Shown here one piece after another: positions 1 through 6,348 of a stretch of 16,274 nt of DNA (position 1 is its first letter; every line of letters starts with the position of its first letter). The DNA is from Paramicrosporidium saccamoebae KSL3. Lineage: Eukaryota; Fungi; Cryptomycota. The DNA lies in the NCBI GenBank assembly GCA_002794465.1, contig MTSL01000082.1, positions 1-16,274 on the forward strand, given 5' to 3'. The notes below the pieces were generated by a model. It was not told where the DNA came from and made no database searches. It saw only the letters and a program-made list of their open reading frames with translations. The position numbers were made by a program, and so were the translations under genes.

Positions 1-653
1 TCCTTGACATCCAATTCGGCAAGCTTTTTTGCCGCGCTCACCATTTGCACCACATTCATCACCTGCTTGAACGCCCAGATCGGCGCTGAGAACACTGCCA
101 CTGCTAGCCACAACGGCACACTGTAACTAAAGATGTTGAACACGGGACCGTTCTCATATGCCAACATGTACAATGCCACGAAAAACGCCTCATTGGCTGC
201 ACACGCCACAAACATTACCTCCCGTTCCGTGTAATACAGCCTCAGTAGCCAATGGTGTTCCCTTCCCAACTTTTTGTGACTGGTCGCTCCGCCAGCAAGC
301 GTTGCATACATGTGCATATAATGACTGCTGAGGTCCAAACCAAGGAGCGACTGCCACAACAGACCGGTACGCGGATACACGACGCAAAGATGACATAAGA
401 GTCCAGCGGTGGTGGAGCGGTCAGTGACCATATCCAGAACAGCTCCCAAGCGAGAGCATTGACCCAGACGACGGGCAAAGAAGCCGTCGGCAACATCCAA
501 CAGACAGGAGAGAGCATAGAGGGGGAGGAAATGACGAGGTGTCGTGATTAAATAGAATGACAGCAGAGCAAGAATTATCCTCGAGTAGCCGATGAGATTG
601 GGGACAAAGAGATAAATGTCGCGTGTGTTCAGTGGCCTTGGTGGTGATGCCAT
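1..653 (-). CDS. PIS1: CDP-diacylglycerol--inositol 3-phosphatidyltransferase (phosphatidylinositol synthase), 3' end truncated by the window edge
   Basis: Missing from the ORF track because no stop lies in the window. Manual translation from ATG 653: MASPPRPLNTRDIYLFVPNLIGYSRIILALLSF...LLDVADGFFARRLGQCSRLGAVLDMVTDR...LDLSSHYMHMY...LRLYY...ANEAFF...FKQVMNVVQM. Contains the CDP-alcohol phosphatidyltransferase motif DxxDGxxARxxxxxSxxGxxxDxxxD and the PIS-typical VPNLIGYxR N-terminus. Confidence 0.96.
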   Translation of the reverse strand, partial: MASPPRPLNTRDIYLFVPNLIGYSRIILALLSFYLITTPRHFLPLYALSCLLDVADGFFARRLGQCSRLGAVLDMVTDRSTTAGLLCHLCVVYPRTGLLWQSLLGLDLSSHYMHMYATLAGGATSHKKLGREHHWLLRLYYTEREVMFVACAANEAFFVALYMLAYENGPVFNIFSYSVPLWLAVAVFSAPIWAFKQVMNVVQMVSAAKKLAELDVK

Positions 654-708
654 TTCCAAATTGAAAGTTACCAATAACCGATTTATTGTTAACAAGTGTA
701 TGGCTTTA

Positions 709-2280
709 CTATTTATGCTCATTGCGGTTAGTTTTGTACACGATTGGAGTCTTTGTCTTTTCCGATGAATTGGCAGGCGGATGCGTAACAGTCGACGAGG
801 GCGTAGCATTTGATGGGGGCGTAGAGGTCGGTGTGGACGATGTGGGCACAGTGGGCGTCTGAGTGGTAGTGTACTTTTTTACCTTGGCAGATTCCCCAAG
901 CGTGGCATTAGGAGCGGTCAGGACGGCTGTCGGTTGATAGTCGGACGCAGTCGGACTAAGAGGCTTCTTTGACTTTGGCAAAGCTGTCACAGATCCAGGA
1001 GTGTAGCCAGGCGCAGTTGGACTCAGAGGCTTGTTTGATTTAGGAGGAATAAGAGCTGCTGTTGGCTGGAATTCCTTGGCCACCGGACTAAGCGCAGGTT
1101 TGGGTTTTTGAGATGAATGCTTGTGGTCACCGGACTTTTTGCCCAGTTTCCCTTTTGTTGTGGTCGCCGGCTGCTTCAATTCTCCAAGAGATGCATCCGG
1201 CTTGGGATCGATAAAGAATACAGATGCTTCGTCTGATTCGGTGGGCTTCAATGTCTCAGCATTAGCGGGGCCACGGGACGCCGTCTTGGATTTGGTATCA
1301 TACCGCTTAGGTTCTGATGGCCTTGGTTTGGTATTGGCAGAGGTCTTTTTCCCTGGGTTCGTTTTGCTCGATGCCACAGGATTAGGATCCTTCTTCTTCT
1401 CCGACGGAGTGGTGGCAGACGGGTGTGGATCTGACAGTTTCTCACCGTCCCTCCTCGCCAACGGAGCGTCAGGAGCAGCCGATCCATGGTGGGTTCGGCT
1501 AGCCACATTCCCGGACGTAGATGGGGCATTTGATGGCTCCTCTGTGTTGGAGGTTGCTGGTGCTTTTTTGGTAAGAATTTGAACGGATTGTGGCTTTGTC
1601 TCCTTTGGGGCACGAGCCTTCTTCTTCCTACTCGTCTTTTCCTTTTTAGCGGCCTTGCGTGCCAAGATTGCCTGGTATTCTACAGTCTCCTCCGGCTCCA
1701 CAGTCTGCTTCAAATGATCCAGCAATGGAGTTGGTCTGGCCAACTTTTTGTCATATTTCCATGGATTGAGTTCCTTTTCTTTGGCAAGCATGGTCATTAT
1801 TTGTTCATCGAGGGGAATTGGCAAAGCCGTCTCGGACACTTGCAAGTCGGCCAAGAACTTTTGGAATTCTTCATCTACACATAAACGCCATACATATTTG
1901 CTTACCAGTATCAAGTGTTCCACATAGGGGATCTGTGACGTCGCTCTGCTCCTTTGGTGTGACCTGATACATAGCAAATTCTATCTGTAAAATGTGTTCC
2001 ATGCCACGCTCATCCACAAATGGCGTATCCTTCATCTTTTGTACAAAACTCAGTAGCGTATTAGCATCTTTAAAAGTAACAAATGCTCTGGCTGTACGCG
2101 GCGGCTTGGTTGAAAACCTAAATTCAAGTCGAGCTTGGAAGAGTACATTCCAGGAACCTTTCCTGGATGAAGCGATGCATAACTGATGTATTCCCACCAT
2201 GGCGCTAAGAATTCTGTAAATTGTGCAGAGGTTGTGGCGGGTGGGAGGTTCCTGATTACGAGCTTGCTGCGGAATGACAT
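709..2280 (-). CDS. UPF3: Nonsense-mediated decay factor UPF3 (Smg4/UPF3 RRM plus long low-complexity tail); exons 2280-2147, 2117-1906, 1874-709; about 503 aa
   Basis: Joins three track ORFs through two GT-AG introns. KLVIRNLPP...HPGK...ARAFVTF...DERGMEHILQIEFAMYQVTP...GTLDT-DEEFQKFL...PTPLLDHLK matches the Smg4/UPF3 RRM signature and the downstream conserved blocks. Confidence 0.88.
931..1095 (-). repeat. Three tandem 66-nt (22-aa) repeats in the UPF3 tail, each carrying a PAM2-like motif
   Basis: ALSPVAKEFQP (1095-1063), PLSPTAPGYTP (1029-997) and PLSPTASDYQP (963-931), with an exact 66-nt period. Confidence 0.85.
1875..1905 (-). other. UPF3 intron 2, 31 nt
   Basis: GTAAGC...TTTATGTGTAG. 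Removal gives GTLDT-DEEFQKFL in frame. Confidence 0.88.
2118..2146 (-). other. UPF3 intron 1, 29 nt
   Basis: GTACTC...TTGAATTTAG. Removal joins the KLVIRNLPP frame to the FSTKPPRTARAF frame. Confidence 0.72.
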
Positions 2281-2335
2281 GGCCAGCTAATGTCAACAAG
2301 TAGAGTAGGCGAAACGGAAGGGGTATGCCTGGCCG

Positions 2336-3643
2336 ATGACAGGACGTCCCCTTCCAGGTTTCATATACGATCCACAAACCAATAGATATTACCGAGAACA
2401 ACCGGCCTCACGCGTAACAACAGCATACGCTCAGATTGCAGCCAGAACACAGGAACGGACACTTGAGGCGGCCTTTGAGAGTGCCTATCAAAGCGTCTCG
2501 AGAAAGTATGTCTTTGATACCGCCACTTGGTCATTTACTGAATCCTTGAGTCAGAACTGTCGCCTGACAACTCAAAAGTTTCAAGATTTGCTACTGGGAA
2601 GAGTCCTTGGGCCCACAAATCTGCCAGTGGTTGTCCAGGCTGCCGCTGACCTTTATCCATCGACCGTCCCGGGTTCCGGACTCTTAAGGATTAGCGGAGG
2701 GTCTCGGATTAGAGGGGGAGCTTGGGCTAATGAAGGAGCCCGGATAAGCGAAACCAATTCGAGTAATGACAACAATCCGAGTAGTGAAGAGACTCAATTG
2801 TGCTCAGTCTCGTGGGATGGTCCTACTACGCGGGTTTTAGGTCGTCCGCTCCATGGATTTACTTTTGACGGTGTTATGGGCGCCTTTGTGTATCAACATC
2901 CATACGTGTCATTTGTGGCATCGACTGACCTGGGAGATGCAGTATATTTTGCCCATCTCTCTGAAAATCTTGAAGACTGCATCAGGTTCTATGGTATTGG
3001 GTCCCCCACCAATTCAAGATGTAGCCATCTCGCGCTATGTGATTCAGGAGAGGTTCTGGCCATGGTTGGAGAGCAAGACGTTTATTTCGTATCAACTACA
3101 AGTAACAATTGGTCTCCAGTGAAGCTGACCCCAACTGCCTCAAGGAACGAAGAGCTGGCTGCCAAAGCGGTTGGATTCCATTCAAACTCGCCCGACGGTC
3201 TATTGCTCTCCGTGGCAGGAAAGATTATGACCTTTAAGGACGGCCGACGTGCCGCTTCCTTTATTCTCCCCACTGGACGCGCTGCGTCTCAAATGTTCCC
3301 CGATGTGGAGAGGCAGACGCTATATGCCGAGACATTTCATAGTGAATTGTTCATGTTCGATTGGCGTTTTCCGAAAAAGTCCACGTTGGCCATCCAGTTG
3401 CCGGAAAGTCTAAAGTTCCATGGTCCCAAGTATAGCGTCGATTATGACCGTAATGTCATCTATTCGTCCTTTGGGCCGGCTGGAAAACTAGCAGCGTGGG
3501 ATGTGCGAAAGCTTTCCATGCCAATGAGTACTTTTTCCATTGGACGGCCGATTGGACAGCTCTGTCAGTCTCCAGACACGAAAAAGCCCATGGTCGTAAT
3601 TAGACCCTCACCGCCTCCACTACCTTTACCCATATCACAGTAA
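2336..3643 (+). CDS. DCAF4/WDR21-like WD40 protein (putative CUL4-DDB1 substrate receptor), 435 aa
   Basis: N-terminal LPGFIYDPQTNRYY resembles the DCAF4/WDR21 LPGF(Y/F)(Y/F)DPEKKRYF motif. C-terminal WDxR-like boxes (MFDWR, AWDVRK) are present. The WD repeats are divergent. Confidence 0.7.
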   Translation: MTGRPLPGFIYDPQTNRYYREQPASRVTTAYAQIAARTQERTLEAAFESAYQSVSRKYVFDTATWSFTESLSQNCRLTTQKFQDLLLGRVLGPTNLPVVVQAAADLYPSTVPGSGLLRISGGSRIRGGAWANEGARISETNSSNDNNPSSEETQLCSVSWDGPTTRVLGRPLHGFTFDGVMGAFVYQHPYVSFVASTDLGDAVYFAHLSENLEDCIRFYGIGSPTNSRCSHLALCDSGEVLAMVGEQDVYFVSTTSNNWSPVKLTPTASRNEELAAKAVGFHSNSPDGLLLSVAGKIMTFKDGRRAASFILPTGRAASQMFPDVERQTLYAETFHSELFMFDWRFPKKSTLAIQLPESLKFHGPKYSVDYDRNVIYSSFGPAGKLAAWDVRKLSMPMSTFSIGRPIGQLCQSPDTKKPMVVIRPSPPPLPLPISQ

Positions 3644-3692
3644 TGTACATTTATTAGACTGCCTACGGGTTAGAACTGTCCAATCTAGTGAA

Positions 3693-3791
3693 TGGATCAG
3701 CAGAAGCAGAGATCATTGCTGAGCGCCCTAGACACTAGGCATGTGTCCATTAAGCTACCAAGCTCATCCGCAAATTACACCATCATCTCCA
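3693..3791 (-). ncRNA. Box C/D snoRNA, U16(SNORD16)/snR87-like (guide for SSU rRNA Am436 yeast, Am484 human)
   Basis: C box AUGAUGG at 3786-3780. Guide GUAAUUUGCG (3778-3769) is complementary to conserved 18S CGCAAAUUAC. D' box AUGA at 3767-3764, D box CUGA at 3700-3697, terminal stem UGGA/UCCA, internal hairpin GGACAC/GUGUCU. The D'+5 rule selects the first A after CGC. Confidence 0.85.
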
Positions 3792-3844
3792 GTAGGATCA
3801 TACCATTCAGAAACTATAGATTAGAACCATTCAATACAGGGATG

Positions 3845-3919
3845 GGCTCAGAGAATTGTAGTTTCCTAACATGGGAGTTTCTAGTTTCATAGTCTCCTCA
3901 CTGCCCTCCATCATCATAC
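3845..3919 (-). ncRNA. Candidate box C/D snoRNA, target unresolved
   Basis: Perfect C box AUGAUGA at 3917-3911 and D box CUGA at 3851-3848. Possible C' box GUGAGGA. Weak terminal stem GGU/GCC. The D box sits 34 nt from the 3' splice site, as in the neighbouring snoRNA. Confidence 0.6.
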
Positions 3920-3983
3920 CTCTTATTTCTTTCCAGACGACACGTCGTGGTTGCGGTCTAAGAATTAGTAGAGTTCGCGATAA

Positions 3984-4070
3984 GCCCTCAGAGATCTTGG
4001 TGATAAGTTGTATGCATCAGCGACCCTGTCATAGGCCGTCAGAAGCGCGGATAAGATATAATCATTGGGC
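3984..4070 (-). ncRNA. Box C/D snoRNA, U24/snR24-like (guide for LSU rRNA Cm1437, yeast numbering)
   Basis: C box AUGAUUA at 4065-4059, D box CUGA at 3991-3988, terminal stem GCCC/GGGC. The guide CACCAAGAUCU before the D box is complementary to conserved LSU AGAUCUUGGUG, and the D+5 rule selects the C of GAUC. Confidence 0.85.
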
Positions 4071-4166
4071 AGCACCACTTACCTTTGCGGAACAAATTTT
4101 AGTTGACCGGGGATTTCGATCCTTTTAAAGGCAGCCGGTGATTGGTTAGGGAGAAGAGTTTGTGGG

Positions 4167-6040
4167 ATGCTATTTGGGACATTGTGGACGCTGTGGAGGG
4201 TGCTAGTGTCCCTTCCTGGCTTCCTAGCCGGCGGTAGGACGAGTGACGACATTAATGGATAGTGCTGTTTAGCGTGGGACTGGGCGGAATAGCAGTGTTG
4301 GCATACCTGTGGATATTTTGTACGGGGCCGCCATGCGGGATCCCGGAACCAGAGGAGGAAGAGGAGATTCGCAAAAAAACCATTGCCGGATGGGAACTGC
4401 CGTCCTCTGCAGAACACCATGAGGTACCCTTGGGAGAAGACTGAATGTAGGCGTATCGCTGCGGTTGGGTGTGTTTGCACATTGATTATTGCGATCGGCC
4501 ACCCGTCGATCTGGCACTGCTACAAAAGCTCAAGAATTCGCGACGAAACCGGCCAAGCAATGTGTATTTTCTAGTGCTAAAACACAACAGTCTCTTTCTC
4601 TATGAGAGTGAGGAACAGTTGCATTGTGCGGGCGTGGCAGTGATTGAGGGCTGTAAAATTGATCTATATCCACATACACTTTTGCTAGACGAGATATACA
4701 AGAAGGATTTTCCATTGCGGATTGTCAGCAATGGGGAAGCGCTATATGCAAACCGCTCGACAATATATCTATGGACGGCGAGCGCCAGCGAAAAGGAAGA
4801 CTGGTTGTTTGCACTCCGTCAGGCCGCAACAACAGCATCTGTAGCTATTACAGATCGGGCGGCAACACCCTATCTGCCTCAGAGCGATCCCAAATTGACA
4901 GATGCCATTTTCATGGAACGACTTAATAGATATGTCCGTGCACCGACAATGGACAAGTCGAGTCAATGGATTAATGCAATCATGGGCCGGCTATTTTTCA
5001 ACATGTTCCGGTCAAATGATTTAGAACGTTTCTTTCGGAAAAAATTTGAGCGCAAGGCGGCCACAATGCCAAAGCCCTTTTTCTTGGGGGATTTGGTGCT
5101 CAAGTCAGTGTTGGCCGGTCAATCCATGCCCATGTTTTCGCGGGGACAGCTGCATTCAGTGACAAATCAGGGCGAGCTGCTGGTTTCAGTAGATGTGCTA
5201 TATCCGGGCGGGTTTCGCATGCAAATTGAGACGGAAATCAAGTGGGACATTCCCCGGGTTAAAACGATCATTGTGCCTATTGTCATGTCCATCCATGTCC
5301 GCCGATTGGCCGGAAGGGCGTTGATCCGCATCAAGCCGCCTCCAAGTGACCGTCTTTGGTTGGGATTCTATGCACCGCCACAGCTGGAGGTGGACATTGA
5401 ACCGGTGGTGTCGGCCAAGGCCATTACATGGTCAGTGATCAAGACAGCCATGATGAAGCACATGCAAGACACAATGGCCGAGTTTGTAGTACTGCCCAAT
5501 ATGGACGATTTTAACATTCCGCCCCTCATAATTGGCGATTGTTATGGAGGGGAGAAACCCTTTGAGTTGGACTATATTCCTCCATCACTAATGTCAGAGA
5601 CGCAGAAACACGATCTGACGGCGCAGGGAATCTCCACAATGCGTTCCAGTCGAGGCCATTCTCCCGAGCAATTGGAAGGCATTTTCCGGGAACGCGGGTT
5701 GCTGTCGGGTAGTCACAGTCTGAGTGATTTGTCATTGGATGTGGATTTGGCAATGGATCCACTGACTTCGCAGTCATCCTCTCGCCAAGGTCTCTATGAT
5801 GAGGCGCGCAAGAGCGATCTACTAGCACAGGAGAAGAATGCAGATTCCTTTACCACGGCATCACCAGTGGACAATAGCTCGTCGGCCAACTCTTCACCCA
5901 CACGGACCACAAAAGAGGTGATTAGCAGTGTTCGACGATCCGTTAGCACTTTTTTCCGTACTCGTCATGTGACATTATTTTCGCGTGATCCTCCTGATGG
6001 GACATTGGCGGAGCACCTCAAGACGGAACATGTTGATTAA
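4167..6040 (+). CDS. NVJ2: Nvj2/TEX2-like membrane-contact-site protein (N-terminal TM anchor, PH-like domain, SMP lipid-transfer domain); exons 4167-4233, 4263-4423, 4451-6040; about 605 aa
   Basis: Spliced N-terminus MLFGTLWTLWRVLVSLPGFLAGVLFSVGLGGIAVLAYLWIF (TM segment). PH features GWVCL...YFLVLKHNSLFLYESEEQ...SEKEDWLFAL. SMP features WINAIMGRLF...RLWLGFYAPPQLEVDIEPVVS. Confidence 0.85.
4234..4262 (+). other. NVJ2 intron 1, 29 nt
   Basis: GTAGGA...ATTAATGGATAG. Supplies an ATG to the otherwise ATG-less TM exon. Confidence 0.8.
4424..4450 (+). other. NVJ2 intron 2, 27 nt
   Basis: GTACCC...CTGAATGTAG. Removes the in-frame TGA and joins the 4469 ORF frame. Confidence 0.85.
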
Positions 6041-6348
6041 ACAACCAATATATGCGTGATACATAGTGCGTAGTATTTAGTATGTGGTATATGGTGTGTG
6101 ATATATCGTATAAAAGGCAACCCAACTATACCAATGTACTATTGGTCAATGGCAATACATTTACTAACACTTATTATCAGCTTGTGTCTACTATTAATGG
6201 ACGCACCCTCCTAACTGTTAGGCTAATATCGTTGAGCATATAAACTAATAAATCATTCTCGCGCGTTAACGTGTATTAGCACCGCTTTTGTCCTCACACC
6301 AAAAGTAAATTCCTTATTGGTAGGTTAAGAATAAATAATTTGCATAGA

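Larger units (their letters stand above)
3650..4130 (-). ncRNA. Putative spliced non-coding snoRNA host transcript: introns 4082-3958, 3919-3814, 3803-3663; internal exons of 38 nt and 10 nt
   Basis: Donors GTAAGT, GTATGA, GTATGA. Acceptors CTAATTCTTAG, CTAATCTATAG, CTAACCCGTAG. AATAAA at 3655-3650. The spliced exons encode only ATG GCA GTC TAA. The 5' end is a guess. Confidence 0.75.

Noticed and set aside
1121-1884. Antisense ORFs 1121-1582 and 1579-1884, and other shadow ORFs (6455-6934, 9226-9771, 9677-10213, 11305-11856, 14765-15145, 15757-16041)
   Set aside because: They overlap better-supported genes in another frame or strand and show no family motifs.
3662-3675. CTAACCCGTAG as a telomerase RNA template
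   Set aside because: It is not a repeat of a telomeric unit, and it is positioned exactly as branch point plus acceptor of host intron 3.
3692-4128. Track ORFs 3692-3892 (+) and 3871-4128 (+), and attempts to build a minus-strand protein
   Set aside because: No recognisable homology, and splicing trials gave stops or implausible peptides. The snoRNA model explains the sequence with rRNA complementarity.
4077-4166. ACTTACCT on the plus strand resembling the U1 snRNA 5' end
   Set aside because: It is the reverse complement of the host-gene donor AG|GTAAGT. No U1-70K loop, AUUGCAC loop or Sm site follows, and the NVJ2 ATG comes within 90 nt.
6177-6256. Minus-strand ATGATTT...CTGA pair as a fourth C/D snoRNA
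   Set aside because: Poor C box, no terminal stem, and no rRNA complementarity of 10 nt or more that I could recognise.
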